From Squalus acanthias (taxonomy: Eukaryota), in NCBI GenBank assembly GCA_030390025.1, contig CM059447.1, positions 13,640,001 through 13,704,000 of the forward strand: a stretch of DNA of 64,000 bases, given 5' to 3'. Each line of letters begins with the position of its first letter. Position 1 is the stretch's first letter. Positions 1 through 11,233 of this stretch are shown in pieces. The notes below the pieces were generated by a model. The model did no database searches and was not told the DNA's origin. It worked only from the letters and a program-made list of their open reading frames with translations. Made by a program: the position numbers and the translations under genes.

Positions 1-102
1 CAGCGACATTGATGGAGGCCTGGGAACTGGTTGCTTGCCATTTTGTTGGCTGTAGATAGTGTGTGGCATTGGGAGATCGGTTTTGGGTAGGGAGCAAAAT
101 AT
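1..102 (-). CDS. Possible next exon of the CCCH zinc-finger gene (runs off the window edge)
   Basis: Pyrimidine tract ending TTTAAAG| at 103-104 on the minus strand. The phase-0 frame is open to the edge (IFCSLPKTDLPMPHTIYSQQNGKQPVPRPPSMSL). The implied intron is only 66 nt, so this is tentative. Confidence 0.3.
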   Translation of the reverse strand, partial: MFCSLPKTDLPMPHTIYSQQNGKQPVPRPPSMSL

Positions 103-168
103 CTTTAAAAAGAACACAGGTTCAAACTGTCAATATATAAAAACAGTAACAAACAAATCATGCAGTAC

Positions 169-288
169 CTCTCGATTTAAATGTTTTTGGGGGCAGGCAC
201 TGTTTGTGCACTTCGTTTGGTGATGCCACTCTGGGCAGACATCTTCTGATAACTTACAGCTCTCTCTGTGTAGAAAACTACATTGCTC
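169..288 (-). CDS. Internal exon encoding CCCH zinc-finger sequence (ZC3H11A/C12orf50-like)
   Basis: Acceptor TTGACAG| and donor GAG|GTACTG bound 120 nt, phase 0/0, translating EQCSFLHRESCKLSEDVCPEWHHQTKCTNSACPQKHLNRE. This is the C-x3-H end of one finger plus a full C-x8-C-x4-C-x3-H finger. It resembles ZC3H11A [40 protein letters not shown] (recalled). Confidence 0.6.
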
Positions 289-2037
289 CTGTCAAATCAA
301 ATTTATGATGTTTAAGATTAAATGCTGAGACATCGACGATATCACAATACTCCCAGCCAAAATATCTACTTCATATGTACTGTTTAACAGGAAGTAGTAT
401 ATAGCAGATTTAATTAAAACATTTTTAATAACAAATTTATTTTTCAGCTTTCAAAATGAGCAGGGACTTTTTGTCATTTAGATGATTGTACACATCTAAC
501 ATTGAATATTAAAACACAGAATTGGAGAATTGTACAGAACAATAAACAACTCGTAATTTACTGAGCACATAGATGATTTAAATTCAGGAAAGTAGATGGT
601 TAAGTAATTCCAATCACTGAGCTATCAAGTACATACTAGAAGAATGTAAGAAAACCCAGGGATAAGAAAACCCCATTTAACCTCTGTCCCTTAGTACATT
701 AATTCCCTTTGCATTTTGAATGAACCCATTAGGGTTGTCTCTATTACCTTGCTTGGTAGATCATTTGAGTAAAACATTTTTTCTGCTATTTGATCTAAAT
801 TTACTTCTCACTCACTTCCATTTTTTCCTCTGATTCTATTTTCTTGGTGTACTTTGAAGTAATGATTTGGTTGCACTGTATCTAGACTATTTAGTATTAT
901 ATATACTTCAGTGAGGTCCTCGTCCAACCCATTGCCAATCACATGGTGGTTATCTGATTATTTGTAAAATGTGAACGTTTGAAATTAAATCCAGTAATAT
1001 TTATATTTTGATTATTTCAACAATCTTTCATTAATATTATGAAAGGAAATCCACTAATCTACATAAAAGCTAATTTTATAAATAATAGCGTAGGGTGTCA
1101 TATGAGTCGGATGTCTGTGAAGCCTTCAGTAGGTTATCATTTTAAGAAAAGATCCCACATGTAATTTTGTCCTGCTGCATGCAGAGAAAAAAAAAATCAA
1201 AACTGAACTTAATTTCTTCCCATTATAAAAGAAGCCATCCAGTTTAATTTTATCTTCTGTTCTGGTGCAGGCAAATAACTAAGTAACACAACAGCTCTCA
1301 GACACTGCAATAGGATCAAACAGCTGAAAGTCAATACAGCGAACAAAACAGCATATTGATCCAGTTACTTGGAGTTGTTTGCATGTATATGCTGCCTGAA
1401 ATCTAAGGCTTTTCATTTTCTTAATAGCATCATATCCTAGATCAAACTATTGCTGTATAGTTGTTCTGGTGCAAAGATTTACAATTTATTTTCATTAAAC
1501 AAAAGACTGTACTAAAAGGTTCATTACACAGGCAATGAAACAACCAACCTTCAGTAACAGCATGCAAAATGTCCCCCTCAGCGTGGTATCCGCCTCACGG
1601 ATACACTGCAGCAGCTCTTACCACCACTGATACAGTGACCCCATTTAAATCAGGCGGAACAGGGTCTTAAAGAGTACTGGCATTTTCTTTGGGGTGGGGG
1701 GGCGGGGGGGGGGGGGAGAGAATTCAGGTGCAGTTTTTTGTGGCAGATTTGAGGCGGTAGCCTTTAAGAACACATCTTTTCGGTTTCCCAGCCCAAAGTG
1801 GATGGTAATTCAGATGAGAATTCAGACCAGTGTGAGATGCAGTTTGTAAAGGCTGTAAAATGTGTTAATGCCCAAAAGTATGTCCTTCACAAGAATTTAG
1901 TTAAAATTATTCAATCAACACAATTTTCAATGAGTGGATAGTAATGGTTTGTATCTATTCAGTACAAGAAACTAAACCATTGTTAAAATGTTTGTGGTTG
2001 GATCGCCAGATCTCAGCTGAATAATGTGTGTTAAACA

Positions 2038-2897
2038 ACTAATGGGATGAGGAGGCTCCTTGAATATCCCCATCCTCAATGGTGGCGGAGCCCAGCATGT
2101 GAGTGCAAAAGACAAGGCTGAAGCATTTGCAACCATCTTCAGTCAGAAGTGCCGAGTGGGTGATCCATATCGGCCTCCTCCTGAGGTTCCCACCATCACA
2201 GAAGCCAGTCTTCAGCCAACTCGATTCACTCCACATGATATCGAGAAACGTCTGAGCGCACTGGATACAGCAAAGGCTGTGGGCCCCGACAACATCTCGG
2301 CTGTCGTGCTGAAGACTTGTGCTCCAGAACTAGCCGCGCCTCTAGCCAAGCTGTACCAGTACAGCTACAACACTGGCATCTACTCGACAATGTGGAAAAC
2401 TGCCCACGTATGTCCTGTCCATAAAAAGCAGGACAAATCTAATCCGGCCAATTACCATGCAGGACAAAGCAGCCTGCTTGATTGGCACCCCATCCACCAC
2501 CTTAAACATTCATTCCCTCCACTACCAGTGCACCGTGGCTGCAGTGTGTACCATCTACAAGATGCACTGCAGCAACTCGCCAAAGCTTCTTCGGCAGCAC
2601 CTCCCAAACCCGTGACCTCTACCACCTAGAAGGACAAGAGCAGCAGGCACATGGGAACACCATCACCTCCAAGTTCCCCACCATCCTGACTTGGAAATAT
2701 ATCGCCGTTCCTACATCGTCGCTGGGTCAAAATCCTGGAACTCCCTCCCTAACAGCACTGTGGGAGTATCTTCACCACACGGACTGCAGTGGTTCAAGAA
2801 GGTGGCTCACCACCACCTTCTCAAGGGCAATTAGGGATGGGCAATAAATGCTGGCTTTGCCAGTGATGCTCACCTTCCAGGAACGAACAAAAAAAAA
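2038..2897 (+). mobile_element. CR1/L2-clade LINE fragment with internal deletion and 3' end
   Basis: ORF 2060-2629 has pre-RT motifs (KAVGPDNI, LKTCAPELAAPL, WKTAHVCPVHKKQDKSNPANY), then jumps at about 2455 to the element's 3' end, which has AATAAA and an A-rich tail near 2890. Confidence 0.9.
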
Positions 2898-2954
2898 TTA
2901 TTAACTTAGAATATTTCTTTTATTTGATTAATTTTGTCTCTCTCTCCCAAACGG

Positions 2955-3145
2955 GATACCGGATGAGATAAAAAATAGATACGAGAGGTACTAGAAAGGC
3001 TGGTAATACTTAAAAGTGGATAAGTCACCCGGTCCGGATGGGATGCATCCTAGGTTGCTGAGGGAAGTAAGGGTAGAAATTGTGGAAGTGCTGGGCACAG
3101 GGGTGGTGCCAGAGAACTGGAGGATTGCAAACGTTACACCCTGTG
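2955..3145 (+). mobile_element. CR1 LINE internal fragment
   Basis: Translates ...VDKSPGPDGMHPRLLREVRVEIVEVL, then WRIANVTP; matches the CR1 ORF at 47493-49421. Confidence 0.85.
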
Positions 3146-6114
3146 AAGTAATTGCATGAGCAACTTTCTGTTTCAGATAACTAATAATATACGTTCAAAC
3201 TAATCTAGCACAACTGGGCTGACGGGTTTTGATTGGTTTCAACTGGAAATTTTGATCAGATAATCTTTAATTGTGTTGAGGTATATTTTAGTAGTTTTCA
3301 AAAAAAGTCAAAACAGAATCCAGGTATTGTGACAGAAGCTCAATTGAAAAGTAAAAAGCATACAAATAACTTTGAACTGAATTATAACACAAATGTAAAC
3401 TGCTTATAGAGAGCCCACCCTTCAGTGCATAGATTCTGTTCCTCTGACATCACTGATGATGACAATTGGGTTGAACCAAATGATCTGTTGGTAAAGACTC
3501 TTGATCATGTTACTTATTCCTTCTTTGTCTCCCTTTAAAATTAGAAAGATTCCTGAAACACTTTCATGGATTCCACTATGCATTTATGATCTCTAAATGC
3601 ATCAAAAGGTTTTATTAGACCAAACTAAATAAATAACTTCTTTCTCACTCCTATGCAAAATCTCAAATGTGAGTCAGTCAGACCCTGAAGAGAACATTTA
3701 CATTAAATTTATTATGGACTGTTGTGCCTTAGATGTTAATGTTCAGATTCTGATCTGCTCTGTTATTTCTGAGCCAGTTCATATCTTTCCTTGTAAGATT
3801 CTGGATTCCTTTTAAAATGAAATAGGGTGCAGGCCCATTAAAGAGGCATTGACTCTGTGGAAAAAGTGTTTAATAAAGATTATTATTCCCTTGTTTCCAA
3901 GTACACAGCGCAACATGAAGTAAATGACATAGAATCATAAAATGTTACAGCACAAACAGGCCATTAGGCCATCAAATCAGTGTCAACTATTCTAAACAGT
4001 ATCAGTTAACATTTATGTCCTGTGTTGTTACAGGCCAAGGAGTGCCATCCTGTGGAGCAATTCTATTACATTAATGCATTTACAAAATATTAACTGATAA
4101 TTTCAGCCCCACAGATAGCACATTTAGTGCAGTTCAGCAGGGCTCGTACTGACTGAGATACCCCATTATTCACTTACAACTGCCTCAAATCAATTGATTT
4201 TGTGCTTATTAATGATATTGATGAAAGTGCTGGGCAGTTTGCATTTTTCCATTTTCTGCACCATTAATCTTACTGGGTTGTACAGTTGTCACTATCTGGT
4301 TTTGTACCAGTCTCATTTTTAAGCCAAAATTAGTATTTGCATTACTTTTTTTTATTGACTATAGCACCAAATCATATATTTTATAATTTCTATAACCTTT
4401 ATCCTGGAAAATAAACTATAATAAAACAAATTACATAATTCACAATGACATGATTAAGCTTACCTATCAAATTGACTGTTCTATCTATGAATACCTTCAC
4501 TAACATTTACTGAAAACTTCAGCCTCCCTGAAAAGCCTAGGCAAGCAGTTAATGCCAGAAATTCCCACCATACATCAATATTATTCTCTCAACTTGAAGT
4601 GTCGTTTTCTTCATGCTGTAACAAGATTTCGGAGTTTTTTTGTTTTTCCAAAAGATTTGAAAACAAGCTGCAGAATGAATTTTGAAAGCCTTTTTCAGGT
4701 AAAGTTTCATGATATCAAGTGGATACATTTTTACTTCAGGGAGAGAGTATCTGTGCTATCATCAGCTATTTGTAAGCCCTGCCCCATTATAGTAGCGGGG
4801 AAAAGTCCTGCAGAGTAATTAAACTGTTTTTGTATAAAAATCTGATAACATGAACCATGAACTTTGGGACTGTTTTATATGAGGTAAATTATGTTTATCT
4901 GAGGATAATTTTAGAAAAATGTTATGATTAACAACAAGTCTTTCGGTTTGTAAGCCTGTCCCTTCAATCATCTTTCCGAATCATTGTTAATGGAACAAAG
5001 ATGCAAAACCATTTTCAGGCTTGAAAGCAAAGTTAGGGTTTTATTTTGTTCATTTATACAGTTCATGTTTATTAAACCAGCCATATTTATAAATTTACTG
5101 TTAGAAAGAGCAAGTAACAAAGGCAAATGATTTACAGCACTGTTCTTTTTTCATTATACTGTACTGAGAATTACAAAAAGGTTTAAATATGTAACAGGAA
5201 GAGGTCAGAGATAAACGTATCGGTGAGCAAGACTTTAGAAGTAGAGGTTCCACAGGAGATGGCAAGGTCAAGGAAGTGGCTGTGGGTGGAAGAGATTATA
5301 TGAAGGGTGAGACTGAGTGACGAATGGCATGCTTAGAGGCTACTACCTATAGTACCCATGGAAGCATTAGTTTGAACTTTCTTCCTCAGGTCACCTGTTT
5401 TCAATATCTCATCACGTAGCTTTTAAGACTCCTCTCTGGGCCATCCCTTCTACAATTATGACTGCATTCATATATATAAAACTGCATGATCATACTGGCT
5501 TTTGACCATAATTAGTTTAAAATCTTCCTAAAGTCAATTTGTAACAGTACACCCCACCTGAAAACGGCCCAGCACATCTGGCATTATTACTGGACACAAG
5601 AGTATATTTACCAAGCTTGAGCTCCCAGTGGAGAACTTCACTCAAAGGGGACATGGGTTGGAGATTCGGGCTGCATTGTTGTAGCCCTATCTCTGAACTG
5701 CACTCTCTTCATGCGTGACTCCCTGCTGGGAATGTAGAACTGCTGAATTTACCCAAAATGGATGCAGAGGTGATAAATGGAATATCTCAACCAAGCCTGA
5801 TCCTGTCCTCACCTAATGTCAATGCAAGTAGTTTTCTGTGGATTAAAGAAACATTGATGTCTGCGCTTCTACAACTGAAGTTGTTGAAAATCATTTAGTT
5901 ACACTTGGGAATTGTGATGATTTGTAAATAATAATTTAACAGCCTGATTATATATTAAAATACAGTATTTACCTTAAATATCAGGAAAAAAATTATATCT
6001 CAGAGAAAATGGAATATAAGATCATGCATGTTTTATTTAAAAATGTCATAATTGCTTCAACGTGAGTAGATTATATGCCTCCTACTTACCAAGTGACTGA
6101 AGTTCTTTTTCTTC

Positions 6115-8160
6115 TCAATCCGGACTCGCATTATGTAAATGAAAAGATATCCTGGAGGAACCAGTCAGAGCAACAGGCTGCTGTTCCTGTCCCTCACTGG
6201 CAGTATTCATGATTAATTTCCTTTTCACTCTGTGGTCCAACACGTTCAGTCCAAGTTCTGGAGTGGCTGAGATTTTTGAATTATCCATATCTTGCTTCAA
6301 CTTAAAATCCTGCGTCCAAAGTGGAGATGGGAATTCTACATCAAAGGACTTGTTAATAGTTCGGTTTTGTGCAATTCTGTCTGCAGTCGTATGAATGGTG
6401 GACTTCAGATTTGCCATCGGAGGTGTTGATGTTATGGGAGCATTCTGTACAAATAACTGTTGGCTGGGGCACTGCATCTTTTGTGCCACAAAGGACTGTA
6501 ATTTACTGGCATGAAATGCAGCAGGGGCACTATTAACAGTCTGTGGGATAGAATTTTCATGTGATAGAAACCTTAGGTCATTATGTCCTTTATTCCAGTG
6601 TAAGTCAGCTACTGCAATGTCAGCAGTTTCATTATCTTCCTGTGTGCACTTGATGCTCAAAGAGTCACTGTTTCTCTCCAGTGGAGTTGCTTCATTATTC
6701 AACAACTGCTCATTTATTGTTACTTCACAGGATGAAGTTAATGTAGTTTGCAAACCTGCTCTCAGAGCTTTCAGATTGGCCAAGTTCACCTCCAGTTCAG
6801 TAATACATTGTGTTTGAGCCCGGTTGATTTTTGGTTGGTCTCCTGGTGTGTCTGAACTACTTTCCTTCTCCTGTTGTTCAATCATTTCACTATCTACATT
6901 GATTGGAGCATTTACTAGCAGCTTTTGTGATGGACAGGTCCACTTTTTTGAAAATACTGGACTTTTGCTCAATGCTAAGTTGGGTACCATGAAGCCTCTA
7001 TTATGACTTTTTGCAGACCTGTTCACATCGTTACCTCCCTCCTGGCACTGGGATACTTGTCCCCCAGAGTTTGAATGTACTGGACTTCTCTTGGAGCTGT
7101 AACGTTTATTCATCACTTTAAATGGCTTTGAGAACTTGAAGATATTCTTTGGATCCACCTCATCTATTTTGGTACCTTTATTCTCCTTAGGCAAGATTTG
7201 ACACTTGTGTAGCACTTCATTTGTTTTTTCTGTGTTCACATCGCTGGCTATGAAAGTTTGGTTGCATTCAGAAAAAGTATGGGAACATGGCGAGAAACCA
7301 GAAGGCAGAGCTGGATCAGGGTTTAACAATGTGTTAGGCAGCTTGGCTTTTCCTGAATCATTTCTTTTCCCCCTGGTATTTTTGCTATCTTTAGTTGCAT
7401 CCAAATCATTTTCCTTGTCAGAAAGGTTTTCGTCTTGCACTTTGAACTGTAAGCTATTCAGCAGCTTTAGTTGTCTCTGCCTATCTCGATACTCCCTTGA
7501 TTTTTTCAATAGGCTCTGTAGGCTTAGTGCAGTGGTGTCAGGAGACGAATTCTGACTCATATTGGTCTCATCAGTAGGATGATGAAAGTGTTCCGAGTTA
7601 CTGCCACTGGTTTTATCTCCTGTGGATATTACTATAGAGCCATCACTCCCAACTTCACATAAATTCTGTTTATTGGTAGAATTGATTGCATTGTGCTTTG
7701 TTGTATCAATTATTTTATGCACAGTAAAGTTTTGAAGAGCATGAACAGCTGCATTTTGAAAGTCATCTGATTTTGGACCATTATTTATGTGACTATTGGC
7801 CCTTGTATTATCACTTGCCACAAGACCCAAGCAGGAAGAATCAGCCTGGTAATTTGAAATACCAGATTTTTCATTAATCAAATCAGAGGTCACTATTACA
7901 GGCACATGATCTGTCACAAGGCTTGTCGTATATGTTTCTTCAATCTCATTTGACATCTGTGCAATAGTAGGCTCAAATATTAGAGGTTCACTGTGTCCAA
8001 GTGAGGTTTTGTGCATAGTGGTTGTGTTGGTTGTGGTGTTCCATTCCTCTACGCATCCACTGTTCATCTCTTTAACTGGGTCAGTATTCACAGGCATGTT
8101 GGGCAACATTAGAAATGAATAATCTTCTAGAGTCTCCTGAATTGCTGGCACTTTGATTAG
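6115..8160 (-). CDS. CCP110-like gene, large coding exon 3 (ends in TGA)
   Basis: Acceptor TTGTTATAG| at 8161, phase 0 (LIKVPAIQ...), with a 2-kb open frame. CP110-like blocks: SLQSLLKKSREY..ENLSDKEND, INKSFDVEFPSPL, RVKRKL (recalled human: SLQNLMKKSKEY, LNKSYDVKNPSPL, VKRRL). TGA at 6115-6117; donor G|GTAAGT at 6090/6089. Confidence 0.85.
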   Translation of the reverse strand, partial: LIKVPAIQETLEDYSFLMLPNMPVNTDPVKEMNSGCVEEWNTTTNTTTMHKTSLGHSEPLIFEPTIAQMSNEIEETYTTSLVTDHVPVIVTSDLINEKSGISNYQADSSCLGLVASDNTRANSHINNGPKSDDFQNAAVHALQNFTVHKIIDTTKHNAINSTNKQNLCEVGSDGSIVISTGDKTSGSNSEHFHHPTDETNMSQNSSPDTTALSLQSLLKKSREYRDRQRQLKLLNSLQFKVQDENLSDKENDLDATKDSKNTRGKRNDSGKAKLPNTLLNPDPALPSGFSPCSHTFSECNQTFIASDVNTEKTNEVLHKCQILPKENKGTKIDEVDPKNIFKFSKPFKVMNKRYSSKRSPVHSNSGGQVSQCQEGGNDVNRSAKSHNRGFMVPNLALSKSPVFSKKWTCPSQKLLVNAPINVDSEMIEQQEKESSSDTPGDQPKINRAQTQCITELEVNLANLKALRAGLQTTLTSSCEVTINEQLLNNEATPLERNSDSLSIKCTQEDNETADIAVADLHWNKGHNDLRFLSHENSIPQTVNSAPAAFHASKLQSFVAQKMQCPSQQLFVQNAPITSTPPMANLKSTIHTTADRIAQNRTINKSFDVEFPSPLWTQDFKLKQDMDNSKISATPELGLNVLDHRVKRKLIMNTASEGQEQQPVALTGSSRISFHLHNASPD

Positions 8161-8203
8161 CTATAACAAACAATTGAAAACCAGTCTAGGATTATAGAAT
8201 TAT

Positions 8204-8282
8204 CGACCTGAAACGTCAACTCTCTTTCTCTCTCCACGGATGCTGCCTGGCCTGCTGAGTTTTTCCAGCGTTTTCTGTTGTT
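8204..8282 (+). mobile_element. Short Penelope-like pLTR terminal insertion with 13-bp TSD
   Basis: CGACCTGAAACGTCAAC...GATGCTGCCTGGCCTGCTGAG...TTCCAGC matches 14066-14145. Flanked by ATTATAGAATTAT at 8191-8203 and 8283-8295. Confidence 0.8.
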
Positions 8283-8599
8283 ATTATAGAATTATTGATA
8301 TATTCACATATCATAGCTCCCAACTAGAACAGTGCTCTTCTAGGACCTGCTATGTACCATTGCCAATGACTCACTCATTCACCGAGGGACCATAAAATTG
8401 TCCTTTCTAGAACATATTACAAGATGTATTTTTATAATATACTCTAAGAGAGTTTCTACTGCAGACTTTAGATTCCAACTACTGATTTGGTGTCAATTAT
8501 TTTTAAATAAATGATAACAAAAGCAGTTTAAAAAAGTCAAGTATATTAGTATACAGAAAGGGGAATGGAAATCAGGGAGAGGGTTGGGTGGGGAGTATA

Positions 8600-9037
8600 T
8601 TCTTTACATGCCTTTCATGACCTCAAGATGTCCCAACTGGCTTCACAGTCAATGAAATACTTTTTGAAAGTGTATTCATTCTGCAAATGTAGGGAAATGC
8701 TGCAGCCAATTTACAGACAGCAAGGTCCCATGAACAACAAGATAAATGACCAGATAATCTGTTTTTGCTGGTGTTGGTTGAGGGATAAATGTTGGCCTGG
8801 ACATCGGGAGAACTCCCCTGCTCTTCTTTGATTAGTGCCATGGGATCTTTTATGTCCACATGAGAGGGCAGAGGGGTCCTCAGTTTAATGTCTCATCCAA
8901 AGATCTCCAACAGTGCAGCACTCGATTAGTACTGTACTGGAGCATCATCCCTCATTATGTAGCCAAGTCTCTGGAGTGGGGATTGAACCCACAATCTTCT
9001 GACTCAGAGGCGAGTGTTACCACTGAGCCAAGGCTGA
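8600..9037 (-). mobile_element. Deu-SINE (SacSINE1-like), diverged
   Basis: Reverse complement of the 9370-9800 element: tRNA-like head, AAAGATCCCATGGC Deu core, L2-like tail. Confidence 0.85.
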
Positions 9038-9369
9038 CAGCTTATTGACTTTTTGGAAAATATCTTTGATTTTGTTATTTTTACTCTTGTGCAGATTAAC
9101 ATTTCACATCTCCAGCTCCCTTCTCAGCCACTCCAGAGTACATCAGCATGTATCGCAGAGTGGCTCAATTAACTTTAATAGGAGCTAGACTGCAGGTGAT
9201 ACTGGGGGTCTATGTAGTTGCTTCTGTTATTTCATTTTTGAAATTTGTCATGATATTTTTTAAACTATACTTACAATCCAGAAACTACAGTACAGACCCC
9301 CTTTAGAACTATGCTGGCTGAGTATACAGCAGCACCCAGCCATCAGTGTTTTGTCCCTGCTAATCTTAT

Positions 9370-9800
9370 GGTCAGCCGTGGCTCAGTTGGTAGCACTCTT
9401 GCCTCTGAGTCTGAAGGTTGTGGGTTAAAATCCCACTCCAGGGACTTGAGCACAAAAATCTAGGTTGACACTCCAGTGCAGTACTGAGGGAGTGTTGCAC
9501 TGTCAGAGGTGCTGTCTTTTGGATGAGACGTCAAACTGAGGCCCCGTCTGCCCTTTCAGGTGGACGTTAAAGATCCCATGGCATTATTTCGAGCAGGGGA
9601 GTTATCCCCTGTGTCCTGGCCAATATTTATCCCTCAATCAACATCATTGCTTTGTGGGAGCTTGTGGTGCACAAATTGGCTCCCGTGTTTCCTACATTAC
9701 AACAGTGACTACACTTCAAAAGTACTTCCCTGGCTGTAAAGCGCTTTGGGACGTCATGCGGTCATGAAAGGTGCTATACAAATGCAAGTCTTTTCTTTCT
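9370..9800 (+). mobile_element. Deu-SINE (SacSINE1-like), full length
   Basis: tRNA-like head with A box TGGCTCAGTTGG and B-like GGTTAAAATCCC. Deu domain GTGGACGTTAAAGATCCCATGGC...GTCCTGGCCAATATTTATCCCTC. Tail GAAAGGTGCTATACAAATGCAAGTC. Confidence 0.9.
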
Positions 9801-9929
9801 TATGCAGATAACCTGGCAGGTTCCCTGGAATTCATTTTTTTTTTTACAAACAACTGAACCTTGCAGTACTGTGCTAAACATACAGTTTACCTGTTAAATT
9901 GAAATAACAAACAAACAGGAAGGCCTCAC

Positions 9930-10070
9930 CTGCATAGTGTTGAGCAGTTTGTGTACCTCCAATAATTGCATACTTGTTTCTGTTTCATGCAGTTTGTCCT
10001 TTGAGGTTTTACTGTAGCTCTTGGCCTTCAATTGATATTCCTGTATCTCTTTCCTCTGTTCTGGGGAAAG
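9930..10070 (-). CDS. CCP110-like gene, coding exon 2
   Basis: TTCTTTCCAG| ... CAG|GTGAGG; 141 nt, phase 0/0. Translates LSPEQRKEIQEYQLKAKSYSKTSKDKLHETETSMQLLEVHKLLNTMQ (recalled human: LNIEKRKEMQQEKQKA...VQEILDNVQ). Confidence 0.85.
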
Positions 10071-10744
10071 CTGGAAAGAACCAGTATGATTTAATTAATG
10101 TTTTTTATCCTGTTTTATTCCCCTTACAGAATAACAATAAATGTTAACCTTTAGGAGTCATTTTTAATATCAATCAGTCAACATGAAAGCATTTACTCCA
10201 GTGAAAATTGTCCTTTCTTGTTGTTACTTCAAAGAAACTTCAATTTTGTGTCATTAGTCTGTGGTTTAGGTAGAAAGCCACAATGACCATATAAATAGTA
10301 GGATTCTTATCACCTGTGTGGTGAGCCTAACAGCTATTATGGAAAGCATGCAGGAAAATGTGAGTGTAGTGCTGTGGTAACATTTTAAGTAAATTGACAA
10401 TCATTTTAATTATTTCATAGTTCTTGTTATCCATTACCTTGAGAATAAAAATTGCACATTTCATATTAATAAACATTTCTGAAAATAGCATACCAAAAAC
10501 ATGGAATTCATAGCACTAATTTAACCTCATCCTTAATAAAGTGTTGACAAATTAACGCAATGAAATGTCACCTGAGCCCTGTTAGAATATAATGATGAAG
10601 GGAAAATTCCAGGTGACTTGCCTTTACAAATGTTGCTAAATGTGTCAAAAACTGCCACATCCCATAATTATACAATATAAATACCAGGACTTCAGTGAAT
10701 AAACTAGCCTATGGATTGCTGCACTGTTAAAGGTATGTGCTTCA

Positions 10745-11010
10745 AAGCAGACATTGAACCAAGGCCTCGTCTGCTTGATTAAGTGACAGTAAATATCTCA
10801 TGACTCTGCTTAGAAAGCTCTTCCAGTGCCCTGGCCAACGTTCTTTCTTCAAATCAACACTAACAAAAATACATTATCTAGTCAGTTCATTCACCTCATT
10901 CCTGTTTGTGTGATCTTACTATATGGAAAATGCATCTGCCTACATAATGACGACTACATTTCAAAGTAATTCATTGTATGTGAAACTCTTTGAAGCATTT
11001 CTGAGTGATG
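10745..11010 (+). mobile_element. Degraded Deu-SINE fragment
   Basis: Diverged match to the Deu core (AACCAAGGCCTCGTCTGC, GTGCCCTGGCCAAC, GACTACATTTCAAAGTA). Confidence 0.6.
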
Positions 11011-11233
11011 TACTTTTACTGCTGTTAGTCCTCCAACTCACACACATTTAAGTGTGGTACAAGCATTTGGCCAGACAGCATCAAATATTCCCAACTAATT
11101 TTGCACATACAATTCTTACACAATTTCATTTTCTTCAGTTGAAAGGGCTGGTCTGTCTAAATTTTGTGTCCCCCCACCCCCACGTTTCAACATGTTAAGT
11201 CAAATTAGACATAGCAGGGCCATGATCACTTGC

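Noticed and set aside
1621-1668. Minus-strand RPCSA*FKWGHCISG|GTAAG as the missing first half of the CCCH finger
   Set aside because: It has an in-frame TGA, its donor is phase 1 whereas the 288 acceptor needs phase 0, and it lies in a GC-rich MITE-like patch. Probably coincidental.
4464-4580. Minus-strand FLALTACLGFSGRL followed by a GTAAGC donor, as a relic of the CP110 KITAVAKGFLTRRL exon
   Set aside because: Similarity is weak, needs gaps and contains a stop; it cannot be supported by eye.
7205-7555. Plus-strand ORFs overlapping the CP110-like exon
   Set aside because: Antisense shadows of a long coding exon.
9370-9440. tRNA gene (also 26972-27045 and 61618-61700)
   Set aside because: These are tRNA-derived SINE heads continuing into SINE bodies; no complete cloverleaf.
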